Source of the DNA: Actinomycetota bacterium
GTDB taxonomy: Bacteria > Actinomycetota > Thermoleophilia > UBA2241
NCBI GenBank assembly: GCA_003132585.1
Contig: PKYG01000095.1
Location: forward strand, 21,931-85,930
Reading direction: 5' to 3'
Length of the DNA stretch: 64,000 bases
Shown here: piece after piece, positions 7,413-16,472 of the stretch
How the letters are laid out: each line of letters opens with the position of its first letter
Position numbering within the stretch: the first letter of the stretch is position 1
Made by a program: the position numbers and the translations under genes
Notes under the pieces: generated by a model
What the model saw: the letters and a program-made list of their open reading frames with translations, nothing else
What the model was told of the DNA's origin: nothing
The model's database searches: none

Positions 7413-10166
7413 CTACTTGCCGCGCCGCGCCGCCGGCTTCACCGGGCTGCCGGCCTCGACGATCTTGTACCCGGCCAGCTCGGCGATGTCGGGGTAGTGG
7501 CGGACCGCGTTGCGGTCTTTCTCCTTGTCTTCCTCGCTCAGCGTCGCGTACTGCACGAGACAGGGGTGCTGCTTCGCCTCATCGTCCCTGACCAGGCTGT
7601 GCGACCAGCCGTCGCGGTACTTCTGCTCCATCCAGCCGTCGTGCTCGTACTCGGCCAGGAGCTCCATGTTGGCCTCGATCGCGTTGAGCACCTTGGTCCG
7701 AGACATCGTCGACGGGTGGTCCTTGCTCACCACGGCCAGTCCCACGAAGGCCAGCACGCGCGGGATGCGTGCTGCCGCGGCGATGTTGTCGGCCTTCACG
7801 CCGTCGGGCAGCTCTGCGAAGCCCACGTCGTAGGGGATCGACCAGCCCTCCTTGCGGCACAGCTTCCGGTAGAAGTCGTGCACCGCGGGAGCGAGATCAT
7901 CGCTGCTCATCCTGAACGGGCGGTCGCGATCGACCAGCTCCATGAACTCGTCGTAGTCGACTTGGAGCGAGAGCTGGTCCTCGGGTGGCAGAGCCGACCG
8001 CCTGAGGCCTGGCAGGCCGGCGCCGCCGGTGAGTCCCATGATCGTCTCCAGAGATCGCGCCCCGTGCTCGTACGTGCTGATCTCGAGGAAGGCGGTCAGC
8101 AGCCCGCCGTCGATGTCCATCTCATCGCCTTCGGCGGCCCCGACGAACCCGCCGGTGGCCCGCATCAGCAGGGCGCGACGCACGGGGAAGCAGAGATCGC
8201 GCGGATCGTCGTCGTCGACCCACTGTCGCCGATCGGCAGCGTACTTCTGGCGCCGGTTCGGGCCGGCGACATTCAGGTAGCCGTTCAGTCGGCTGGCGAA
8301 GTCGGGGCCCTTCACGAGCTTGAACTTCTCGAACTTCGTGAGGCCCGTCTGCGCCCCTCCAGCGACATCGTCGCCGGCCGCGCCGCTGGCCTTCGGACGT
8401 ATCTCTTCGCGGGGCGAGAAGTTGGCGAAGTCGTAGCTCGTGCCGCCGGCGAAGACGAACACGCACTTGCCGATCGGGTGCGTGACCTGGCCCTCCTGGA
8501 ACTTGCCGTCCTGCATCGGCGCCAGCAGGTACTGCAGCCACATGTACTCGCGCGAGTCGAACTCGTCCCAGAACACGACCGGTGTGGTGCCCCCGAGGAC
8601 CTTGTCGCGCACCTGGTGGAGGGCGCCGATGAGCTCCCCCGGATCGGAGAACTGCGAGAGGTTGAACTCGAGGATGGGCACCTCGTCGCCCAGTACCGTC
8701 TTGGCGATCTGCTTGACGCCGAACGACTTGCCCGAACCGGGGGCGCCGAACACGGCGATCGACAGGGGCTTGGAGGGACGCGGGTTCCTCTCGTAGCCCT
8801 TGATGAGACGCTCGAGACCGCGCAGGCTCTCGATCTCGACGCGATCGACCGCCAGCAGCTTGCTGAACCTGGCGTAGGGGACCTCGTTGACCAGCGCCTT
8901 GGACCCGAACAGGGCCACCCGCCGCGCCATTCCGTAAAGCGGGCGATCGTCGACGCCACTCTGCTCGCCGGAGACGATCGTCCAGTCTGGGGACTTGCCG
9001 ACCGAGACCACCGCCGCCGGGACCTCGGCGATCCGGTAGCGGCTCGACGGCTTGCACAGGTCGGCGACGACCGGAACGGGCGGGAACCCCTGCTTGGCCT
9101 TGTGATCGTCGTCGCCACCGCCCGCCGCACCGTGACCGACGCGCAGGAGCTGGCGCATGGCCGAGAGACCGCGCATGATGCCACCGCCGATGTCGGCCTC
9201 GCCCTCGTCGGCGCCACTGCAGGTGGCCCTGCTCGTGGCGGCGACATCTGACTTGGCCAGCTCGGCGACGATCGCCGCCACCAGGCACGACATGCCGCCC
9301 CACACTTGGCCCTTGACACCCTTGGCCCAGGCTCCTTCGAGGCCGCCGGGATCGAAGACGAGACGATACCGGGACGTGCCGTCGCTGCGCGTGCTGAGCC
9401 ACAGGGCGCCATCGGTGCCCAGGCCGATGATCAAGTGCCGGCACCGCGTGAGGTCAGAGATGCTCTTGTTGAGCGCCAGCTCCTGCAGCAGGTCCTGGGC
9501 GGTGTGCTCCCAGGAGAGTCCCTCGGTGATGCTCACCTCTTCCTGACGCAGATCGGACGCCGACACCACGACGACGAGCTTTTCGCAGAACTGCCGGCAG
9601 GCCCTTCGCCACAGGTCGCCCTGGGCCACAGGAGCGGACGTCTTGAGCACGACCCAGTCCACGGCCGCCGACTTGCCGTCGCGCATCTCCTCGGGCCAAG
9701 CGGATTCGTTTGTGCGGTGGCGAAAGCCGAGCGCGCCGTCGTCGAGCACCACGATCGAAGCGGGCGCGGTCGTGCGCGCCGGCGCGCCGGCATAGCGCGT
9801 GGTGCGCTCGACGCTGTCGCCGTAGCCAAGGTTGCCGGTGACGCGCCAGACGTCACCCTTCCGCTTCTCTCCGGCGGGACAAGGGGTCAGCAGCGAGTAG
9901 GACTGAACTGGTCTGCTCGCCGGCGTGGGGGCCATGCCAAACTCGACCGTGAAGGGCTCGGGTGTGGCGGCGCCAAGCGTCTCGAGGATCTTGAAGAGCA
10001 GCTTGGCGCCGCCGGCCTCCTGGTGGATCGCGGTGCCCTGCATCGCGTGTGCATAGGGTTTGTCGCGCGTGCCCTCGTAGATGTGGTGGTCGACGACGAC
10101 GTCACCGGCGACCACGACGGTCTTGGTGCGAGCCTTTTGCTCGGTGCGAGCTTGCTGCTTGGCCAC
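7413..10166 (-). CDS. Multidomain protein: N-terminal PfkB/ribokinase-like domain (GAGD catalytic motif apparently degenerate), AAA+ ATPase, then C-terminal tandem RyR domains
   Basis: PfkB-like N-terminus VVVAGDVVVD...GGAKLLFKILETLG...LIIGLGTDGALWL. Walker A FGAPGSGKSF, Walker B VVFWDEFD, sensor-1 FVFAGGTS. RyR repeats EHDGWMEQKYRDGW...QHPCLVQYATLSEEDKEKDRNAV. Start chosen at GTG 10164-10166 with a GGGGGAGAG SD. The ORF stays open to 10454, so the true start may be further upstream. Confidence 0.7.
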   Translation of the reverse strand: MAKQQARTEQKARTKTVVVAGDVVVDHHIYEGTRDKPYAHAMQGTAIHQEAGGAKLLFKILETLGAATPEPFTVEFGMAPTPASRPVQSYSLLTPCPAGEKRKGDVWRVTGNLGYGDSVERTTRYAGAPARTTAPASIVVLDDGALGFRHRTNESAWPEEMRDGKSAAVDWVVLKTSAPVAQGDLWRRACRQFCEKLVVVVSASDLRQEEVSITEGLSWEHTAQDLLQELALNKSISDLTRCRHLIIGLGTDGALWLSTRSDGTSRYRLVFDPGGLEGAWAKGVKGQVWGGMSCLVAAIVAELAKSDVAATSRATCSGADEGEADIGGGIMRGLSAMRQLLRVGHGAAGGGDDDHKAKQGFPPVPVVADLCKPSSRYRIAEVPAAVVSVGKSPDWTIVSGEQSGVDDRPLYGMARRVALFGSKALVNEVPYARFSKLLAVDRVEIESLRGLERLIKGYERNPRPSKPLSIAVFGAPGSGKSFGVKQIAKTVLGDEVPILEFNLSQFSDPGELIGALHQVRDKVLGGTTPVVFWDEFDSREYMWLQYLLAPMQDGKFQEGQVTHPIGKCVFVFAGGTSYDFANFSPREEIRPKASGAAGDDVAGGAQTGLTKFEKFKLVKGPDFASRLNGYLNVAGPNRRQKYAADRRQWVDDDDPRDLCFPVRRALLMRATGGFVGAAEGDEMDIDGGLLTAFLEISTYEHGARSLETIMGLTGGAGLPGLRRSALPPEDQLSLQVDYDEFMELVDRDRPFRMSSDDLAPAVHDFYRKLCRKEGWSIPYDVGFAELPDGVKADNIAAAARIPRVLAFVGLAVVSKDHPSTMSRTKVLNAIEANMELLAEYEHDGWMEQKYRDGWSHSLVRDDEAKQHPCLVQYATLSEEDKEKDRNAVRHYPDIAELAGYKIVEAGSPVKPAARRGK

Positions 10167-10420
10167 GACTCTCCCCCCGTCCCGCGATGCTCTCGGTCTA
10201 GCGGCTCGGCGCGTCGGGCGCACCAGCCGGATGAGCTTGCTGCAACGGCATTCTCTCGCACTCCAACGGGGCGCGGTAGTCCTTGTGACTGTTGGTGCCG
10301 GGGTCGGGCGGTCGACCTTGGCGTAAGAGGCGCCAATCGGGTTAGAATCCCCTCGGCCGGTCGTACCGTTCACATCCTGTGACCAGTCGCCGTCGAGCGA
10401 AGCGAGCGATGGAGGTTTGT

Positions 10421-12235
10421 ATGCCCGAGCAGGCACCGCGAACATCGCGGACACTGCCGCTGCGCCCCCGCCCGGTCTGGCGCCGGCGTCTGGCTCGATT
10501 CTGGTTGACCTACCAGTGGCCGATCATCATCGCCGTCTGGGTCTGCTCGATGGTCCTTGGCTACGTCGGGTTCTGGAAGTACTACCAGCAGTTCCCGACC
10601 GAGAAGCCGCACGCGTGGGGCGACCTGATCTACTACACCATGCAGCTCGTGCCCATGATCTCCGGCGCCCTGCCCCACGTGGTGCCTTTCGAACTCGAGG
10701 TGGCGCGCCACGTGCTGCCGATTGTCGAGGGCTACACCGGCATCGTCGCCCTGGTGATCGTCTTCTCCAGCGAGGTGAAGCGGCTGCGCCTGCGCACCCT
10801 GCGCGATCACTTGATCGTCTGCGGTCTGGGAAGCAAGGGCCGGTACCTCGCCCGCCAACTTCGGGAGATGGGGCTGCCGACCGTGGCCGTCGAACGCGAT
10901 CCCGGCAACCCGGCGATCGAGGAATCCCGTGACGAGGGTGTGATCGTGCTGACCGGCGACGCCTCCGACGAGCGGCTCCTGGCGCGTGCCGGTCTGGCGC
11001 GCGCCCGGATGCTCGTCGCAGTCTGCGACGACGACACCAACGCCCGGGTGGTCGCTGCGGTGCGTCATCTGGTCAGAGCCGGGCGCCGCAGCCCGCTGGC
11101 ATGCAGCGTGCACATCGTCGAGCCGCGGCTCTACGAGCTGCTGAGCCAACAGGAGCTGGAGCCCGAGCAGGCCGGTATCCTCCGTCTCGACATGTTCAAC
11201 GTGTTCGACCTTGGCGCACGAGCGATGTTGGCCCAGCATGGGCCCGCGGCGGGCGAAAGCGCCGGTCCCGCGCACATCCTGGTCGCGGGGCTCGGCGGTC
11301 TAGGACGCAGCGTCGTGGTGTGGGCCGCGCGCAACTGGCACCCACGGTTCCGTGCCACCGGCGAGCGCCTGCGCATCTCCGTCGTGGACAGCGACGCGCG
11401 CGTCTGGATCGACGCGCTCTGCGCGCACTACCCGCGCCTCGCGTCTGTGTGCGCGCTGGTCCCCCACGATGTGAGCGTGGACAGTGGCGAGTTCCAGCGA
11501 GGAGCGTTCCTCTTCGACGACGAGGGCCGTAGCGACGTGAGCGTCGCGTTTGTTTGCCATGACGATGACCAGACCAGCGTCGCCGCCGGTCTCTCGCTCG
11601 CGCACAGCCTGCGAGACCAGCAGACGCGCGTCGTCGTGCGCGTTCGCGACGGGGCGGGTCTGGCCGTGCTTCTGCCGGAGGCAGGCAGCGGCGACCCACG
11701 CCTGGCCGCGTTCCCGCTGTACGAGCGCACGTGCACGCCGGAGCTGGTGCTGGGCGGCATGCACGAGTCGCTGGCGCGGATGATCCACGACGAGTACGTG
11801 AGGCATCAGACGGCTCGCGGCGAGACGCCGGCGGTCAACCCGTCGCTGCGCCCGTGGGACGAGCTCCCGCTCGAGCTCCAGGAGGCCAGCCGGACGCAGG
11901 CCGACCACATCGGTGTGAAGCTCGCGGCCGCGGGCTGCGGGCTCGAGCCGATGACGGACTGGGACGCGGACCTCTTCGCGTTCACGCCCGAGGAACTGGA
12001 ACGTCTCTCTGTGATGGAGCACGAGCGCTGGGTCGACGACCACGCGCGCGCGGGCTGGACGCAGGCGACGGGCGCCAAGAACGTGACGAAGAAGACGCAC
12101 CCGTCGATGGTGCCGTGGGACGACCTCTCAGAGCCCGAGCGCGAGAAGGACCGCGAAGCCGTGCGCTCGTTGCCGGTCTTTCTCGCCCGGACGGGCTTTC
12201 AGGTCTACCGGCTGGCGGCTCCGAAGGCCGGATGA
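10421..12235 (+). CDS. Membrane protein with two TrkA-N/RCK (NAD-binding Rossmann) domains and C-terminal tandem RyR domains
   Basis: Two N-terminal TM helices. RCK motifs LIVCGLGSKGRYLARQL and ILVAGLGGLGRSVV. RyR repeats MEHERWVDDHARAGW...HPSMVPWDDLSEPEREKDREAV. GGAGG SD 5 nt before ATG 10421. Confidence 0.75.
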   Translation: MPEQAPRTSRTLPLRPRPVWRRRLARFWLTYQWPIIIAVWVCSMVLGYVGFWKYYQQFPTEKPHAWGDLIYYTMQLVPMISGALPHVVPFELEVARHVLPIVEGYTGIVALVIVFSSEVKRLRLRTLRDHLIVCGLGSKGRYLARQLREMGLPTVAVERDPGNPAIEESRDEGVIVLTGDASDERLLARAGLARARMLVAVCDDDTNARVVAAVRHLVRAGRRSPLACSVHIVEPRLYELLSQQELEPEQAGILRLDMFNVFDLGARAMLAQHGPAAGESAGPAHILVAGLGGLGRSVVVWAARNWHPRFRATGERLRISVVDSDARVWIDALCAHYPRLASVCALVPHDVSVDSGEFQRGAFLFDDEGRSDVSVAFVCHDDDQTSVAAGLSLAHSLRDQQTRVVVRVRDGAGLAVLLPEAGSGDPRLAAFPLYERTCTPELVLGGMHESLARMIHDEYVRHQTARGETPAVNPSLRPWDELPLELQEASRTQADHIGVKLAAAGCGLEPMTDWDADLFAFTPEELERLSVMEHERWVDDHARAGWTQATGAKNVTKKTHPSMVPWDDLSEPEREKDREAVRSLPVFLARTGFQVYRLAAPKAG

Positions 12236-12264
12236 GGCTGGCCGGGCGACGTGAGTCGTCCGAC

Positions 12265-13722
12265 TTACAGCACGCGGAAGTACCTCCAGACCGACGTCGT
12301 CTTGGCGTGGTCCGCGTCGGCGTGCACCGCCCGCATCCGCATGCGTCCGGGCGCGCCCAAGCGCCAGCTCGTCATGTACAAGGTGGCCGTAGTCGTGTTG
12401 CGGTATGCCTGGGCGTACTTCGCGTCAATCTGCTTCCACCTGCCGCCCGAATAGCGTTGCAGGAAGACTTCGGTGTGGCTGGTCTTGTTCTGCGCGGTCG
12501 AGTGCATGGGCTTGAGCGTGCCCCAATACGTCTGTGATTTCGTGTTTGGCATCCAGCGTCTCACCAGCGAGGGCACGACCGGCGGTGTGAGGGAGGCGCG
12601 CGACGTGACAGACTTGATGTCGTCGTCGTAAAACAGCGAATCCCAACCGTTTATGTTTGACCACAGGTATTCGCTGTCGCCCCGGAAGACCACCCCGAAC
12701 CAGGTCTTGCGCACGATGTTCACCGAGGTCGAGAATGCGCCTGTCGTACAATCGATGGTACCGCGCGACGAGAAGTTCTTGTTGTCCGTCGATGCGTAGA
12801 GGTCAACGGACCGATTGGTGAGCAAGTTTCCCCACGTGTCGGTCAGCGTGCCCGCGATGGTCACCGGCTTGTTGTAACCGACGACTGCCGGCCCGGCAGT
12901 CATGCTCACATACACAGGGCGCAGCCCAGATTGCACGCTGACCTCGTCCACGTAGGCGCCCTGGCCTGTGTTTGTCGCGTCGCTTACAAAGCGGAAGGCG
13001 ATCCACACCTGGCTTTGGCCACAGACGTTGCCTATCGCGGGGACGTTCGTGAGATCGAAGGCGTCCCTGATAAAGCCCTTTGGCCCCGAATACGACGTAT
13101 AACTGAAGTTGGTGCCGTCCACCGAGACAAGCACCTGGAGTGGGTCGTACTTCTCTTCCGTGTCCACGAACAGGCTGTACCAGAGCGTCGCGCTCGTGAC
13201 GGTCGAGAGATCGAACGGTCCTGCGATCATCCAGGCATTCATGTTGTTGATGTAGGGGCCAGGCGCATCTATCAAGCTCCCCGCGCAGTACGCCGAGTAC
13301 GAGCCGGCGAAGAACGTCCGGTAGTAGCTGGAGGAGAGGTCCCAGGTCGGAGTGCCAAGGCGTGTCCAGTTGCTCATGCCGTTCTCGAACCCGTCGTAGA
13401 AGATCGTGTTACTCCAACCAAACTGGTGCGCGACCGCCGAGGCGGTCGCGGCCGGGTTGAGCACACCCGGCTTCAGTTTCTGGACTCCGCCGCCGCCGCC
13501 CAGGGGCACCAGCTTGAGATGAACCGCAGGCTGTAGTGAGCCGCTCACCACCGGTCTCTTCGTCGGCGCTGGGCCTGCGTACGCGCTCGCTGCGAGCAGC
13601 GCCAGGACGACGAACGACAGTGCGGCAACGCCGCCGGCCCGGAAGAGTGAAACGGCCCGCCGCCGTCGGTGCGTACGATCGCCGGGTGCACGAATCGCGG
13701 GAAGTGTGCGGAATGGGTTCAT
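12265..13722 (-). CDS. Secreted hypothetical protein (486 aa) with an N-terminal signal peptide
   Basis: Signal peptide MNPFRTLPAIRAPGDRTHRRRRAVSLFRAGGVAALSFVVLALLAASAYA. Thr/Ser/Trp/Tyr-rich beta-like composition. The upstream in-frame extension to 14031 looks non-coding. Confidence 0.6.
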   Translation of the reverse strand: MNPFRTLPAIRAPGDRTHRRRRAVSLFRAGGVAALSFVVLALLAASAYAGPAPTKRPVVSGSLQPAVHLKLVPLGGGGGVQKLKPGVLNPAATASAVAHQFGWSNTIFYDGFENGMSNWTRLGTPTWDLSSSYYRTFFAGSYSAYCAGSLIDAPGPYINNMNAWMIAGPFDLSTVTSATLWYSLFVDTEEKYDPLQVLVSVDGTNFSYTSYSGPKGFIRDAFDLTNVPAIGNVCGQSQVWIAFRFVSDATNTGQGAYVDEVSVQSGLRPVYVSMTAGPAVVGYNKPVTIAGTLTDTWGNLLTNRSVDLYASTDNKNFSSRGTIDCTTGAFSTSVNIVRKTWFGVVFRGDSEYLWSNINGWDSLFYDDDIKSVTSRASLTPPVVPSLVRRWMPNTKSQTYWGTLKPMHSTAQNKTSHTEVFLQRYSGGRWKQIDAKYAQAYRNTTTATLYMTSWRLGAPGRMRMRAVHADADHAKTTSVWRYFRVL

Positions 13723-14046
13723 CGAACGTACCGCCTCTCCTGAAACGTCGCGTAGACCGGCGGATTGCGCGGCCCCCCGCTTTACAACCCCGTCTCGCCG
13801 AGAACCGGCGAGACCCGTCCCGCAGTCAACACGGCGGGACCACCCTGAGTGGAGATCCTGGTCTCGTCGGCCGGCTGCTGGTCCGACGTCCAGCGTGCGC
13901 CTTTTATACGCGCTTTGGTGACCAGACTCAAGTGCGGCGGACCGCGGGCTCGACCTTGACGCAAGGAATCGTGCGGCACAGGATGTGAGATGGTCGCACG
14001 CCCCGTGCCACAGGGTGTGGGTTGAGGACAAGGGGGTTTCCGGGCC

Positions 14047-14460
14047 GTGGCCACAACGGACACACTACCGGGTTCACCGCTGACGAGGAGAGCGTTTCTG
14101 CTGACCTCCCTCGGCGCTTTGCTCGCCCTGGTGGCCGGTCGCCGCTGGAGCGAGGCGAGCCACCGAGTCACGAACCGGGACGCGGCACGGCCGCGACGCG
14201 CCGACAACCTCAGGGAAGAAGCTTACGGCACGGGGCTCGCACTGCGACCGACGCCGGTCGATCCCCGAGGACCGGTCTTTCGGCTGAACGAACCGGCGGC
14301 GCTCATCTGGCGCAACATCGACGGGCGGCGCACGATCGACGACCTCGCCGCCCTCCTCGTTGGTCGATATGGCGTCGCGCAGGCGAGGGCGAGGGCCGAC
14401 ACACGGGCCTGCCTCCAGGCCTTCTCGGGGGCGGGTCTCGCGTTCGGTCTCGACGGGTAA
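14047..14460 (+). CDS. PqqD-family (RiPP recognition element-like) protein with an unusual 60-aa N-terminal extension carrying a Tat-like motif
   Basis: PqqD core PVFRLNEPAALIWRNIDGRRTIDDLAALLVGRYGV...ADTRACLQAFSGAGL. N-terminus SPLTRRAFLLTSLGALLALVAG resembles a twin-arginine signal or membrane anchor. Confidence 0.6.
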   Translation: MATTDTLPGSPLTRRAFLLTSLGALLALVAGRRWSEASHRVTNRDAARPRRADNLREEAYGTGLALRPTPVDPRGPVFRLNEPAALIWRNIDGRRTIDDLAALLVGRYGVAQARARADTRACLQAFSGAGLAFGLDG

Positions 14461-14485
14461 TGCGCGTGGTCGGGGAGTCGCGGAC

Positions 14486-15904
14486 GTGACCAGATACCAG
14501 CTCGCCACGGAGATCTTCTCGCTGCCGCGAGGGCGCGAGCACATCGTCTACGCGCCCCTGCAGCGCACCAGCCTGCTGGTCAACGACGCCGCCCTCAACC
14601 TGCTGGCCGACATCGCCGCCGAACGCAGCCTGCCACGCGACAGCCGCACGCGCGAGGTGCTCGACCTGCTGCTCGAGCTGGAGCTCATCGGGCCGAAGAG
14701 CGGCCGGCGGGGGGCCGGCCCGACAGGGCCGACCCGGCAGCCGGACGCTGCAACGCCGCATGAGCGCCCTGCAGCCGACGTCACACCGATCCCCCTTCGC
14801 CCTACGGCCTGCACGCTCTTTCTGACCACGGCCTGCAATCTGCGCTGCCTCTACTGCTATGCGTCCGGCGGCGACCGGCCACGTCATCTCGACGAGCGGG
14901 TCGCGCGCGACGCCATCGACTTCATCGTGAGCAACGCCGTCGAGAGCGAGGTCGGCGAGGTCACGGTCGCGTTCCACGGCGGCGGCGAACCGACGCTGGC
15001 CGGTGAGACGCTCGTGCACTGCGTCGAGCACGCTCGCCGGAGATGCCGGGAGCACGGCCTGGAGCTCTCCACCGGTGTCGCGACCAACGGTGTGATGGGC
15101 GACGGCATGCGCGACTATCTGGCGGACACCATGACCTCGGTCATGGTGTCGGTCGACGGGCCGGCGGCTGTGCAGGACCGCCTGCGGCCGCAGGCCAACG
15201 GCGGTCCTTCTTCGGCCGCCGTCGAGCGCACACTCGAGCGCCTTTCGGCGGGCGCCTGCTCCGTCGGCGCCCGCCTCACCTGCACGTCGGACACGATCGA
15301 GCACGTGCCGGCGGCCGTGCGCCACCTGGCCGCCGACTACAAGCTCGCGACGATCCACCTCGAGCCGCTGTTCGCCTGCGGCCGCTCGCTCCATCATGAC
15401 CTACAGCCGCCGAGCGCCGACCGCTTCGTCGAGACTTTTCGCCGCTGCCGGGCGCTCGCCGCCGAGCACGGCGTGACGGTGGTCTACTCGGGCGCCAGAC
15501 AGCCGTCGCTGGCGCACGCCTTCTGCCAGGCCAGTGCCCCAAGCTTCAATGTGACGAGCGACGGTGACATCACTGCCTGCTACGAGGTCACCGGCCGTGA
15601 CGATCCCCGGGCCGAGACGTTCATCTATGGCGCCTACGACCCTGCGCAACGCGCGTTCGCCTTCGACGACGCGCGCATCGCCGCGCTGCGGCGCCTGACC
15701 GTCGACGATGCCCCGCGCTGCGCGCTCTGTTTCTGCAAGTACCACTGCGCGGGCGACTGCGCGTCGAAACGCCTCTATCCGGGCGGAGAAGAGTCCGTCA
15801 TCGCACGCTGCCAGATCAACCGGCGCCTCACACGGGACCAGCTCGAGGACGCCCTCATGGGTACACCTGTGCCCGCCGGCGTGGAAGCTCTGACGAAAGG
15901 CTGA
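14486..15904 (+). CDS. Radical SAM / SPASM-domain peptide-modifying enzyme with its own N-terminal RRE-like region
   Basis: CNLRCLYCY (CxxxCxxC). C-terminal SPASM cysteines CALCFCKYHCAGDC. N-terminal YQLATEIFSLPRGREHIVYAPLQRTSLLVNDAALNLLADI is PqqD-like. Confidence 0.85.
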   Translation: MTRYQLATEIFSLPRGREHIVYAPLQRTSLLVNDAALNLLADIAAERSLPRDSRTREVLDLLLELELIGPKSGRRGAGPTGPTRQPDAATPHERPAADVTPIPLRPTACTLFLTTACNLRCLYCYASGGDRPRHLDERVARDAIDFIVSNAVESEVGEVTVAFHGGGEPTLAGETLVHCVEHARRRCREHGLELSTGVATNGVMGDGMRDYLADTMTSVMVSVDGPAAVQDRLRPQANGGPSSAAVERTLERLSAGACSVGARLTCTSDTIEHVPAAVRHLAADYKLATIHLEPLFACGRSLHHDLQPPSADRFVETFRRCRALAAEHGVTVVYSGARQPSLAHAFCQASAPSFNVTSDGDITACYEVTGRDDPRAETFIYGAYDPAQRAFAFDDARIAALRRLTVDDAPRCALCFCKYHCAGDCASKRLYPGGEESVIARCQINRRLTRDQLEDALMGTPVPAGVEALTKG

Positions 15905-15908
15905 TCGG

Positions 15909-16466
15909 GTGTCCGACCAAGACCAGATAGACCAGGTGGCGAACGCGGGCGGAGCGTACCAGCCTCCCGAACTCGCGATCGGCGAGAGCGCTTCTGTAGT
16001 CGCATGGGCCGGTGAACTCTTCGCCGATAGTTCGCCCAACGACACACCGACGAGCATACCGATGACAAGCGCGGCGCCCGAGGTATTGCGCTGGAGCGTC
16101 CCCCAACCCGAGTACGACTACCCCGACCCCGAGCTGTTCGTCGCGCCCCAGAATCCCAGCCGCAGGCTGTCCGGACCAAAGACGCCAGCGAAGCAGACGC
16201 ACAAGGCCGGCCACAAGACGGTCGCCCATGCGACCAAGACCAGGCTCACCGGCCACGATGCCTTCGGGGGCTCCCTGTGCACGTGCAACACCGTCTGCAC
16301 CTGCAATGTCGTGTGCACCTGCGAGTCCGTCGCCACCTGCAGTTGCGTCTCGCACACGCCGACCGGCGGCGGCGGGACCACGCCGCCCCCGCCCCCGCCC
16401 CCGCCGTCGTGCACCTGCAACCCGAACTGCTCTTGCCAGGGCTACACGCCCTGTCCTTCGGTGTAG
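15909..16466 (+). CDS. Cys-rich repeat protein (185 aa) with an acidic N-terminal region, CTCN/CTC repeats and a PPPPPPPP tract. Candidate substrate of the adjacent rSAM/SPASM enzyme.
   Basis: GTG 4 nt after the rSAM stop, with a GAAAGG SD. C-terminal sequence SLCTCNTVCTCNVVCTCESVATCSCVSH...PPPPPPPPSCTCNPNCSCQGYTPCPSV. Confidence 0.55.
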   Translation: MSDQDQIDQVANAGGAYQPPELAIGESASVVAWAGELFADSSPNDTPTSIPMTSAAPEVLRWSVPQPEYDYPDPELFVAPQNPSRRLSGPKTPAKQTHKAGHKTVAHATKTRLTGHDAFGGSLCTCNTVCTCNVVCTCESVATCSCVSHTPTGGGGTTPPPPPPPPSCTCNPNCSCQGYTPCPSV

Positions 16467-16472
16467 TAGCAG

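Noticed and set aside
7197-9251. 684-aa plus-strand ORF, with 8122-9444 and 8312-9412 minus-strand ORFs, overlapping the AAA+/RyR gene
   Set aside because: Alternative frames of the 7413-10166 gene. Only the chosen frame carries Walker A/B and RyR motifs; the others are Arg/Pro/Ser-rich.
10370-11275. 301-aa ORF and further ORFs (11300-12100, 11731-12537) overlapping the RCK/RyR gene
   Set aside because: Antisense or alternative frames with no motifs. The sense frame has GxGxxG RCK and RyR signatures.
14303-15397. 364-aa ORF antisense to the rSAM gene, with 15855-17336 and 16277-17767 ORFs over the Cys-rich and TPR genes
   Set aside because: High-GC antisense artefacts (Arg/Gly-rich). The sense frames carry CxxxCxxC/SPASM and TPR features.
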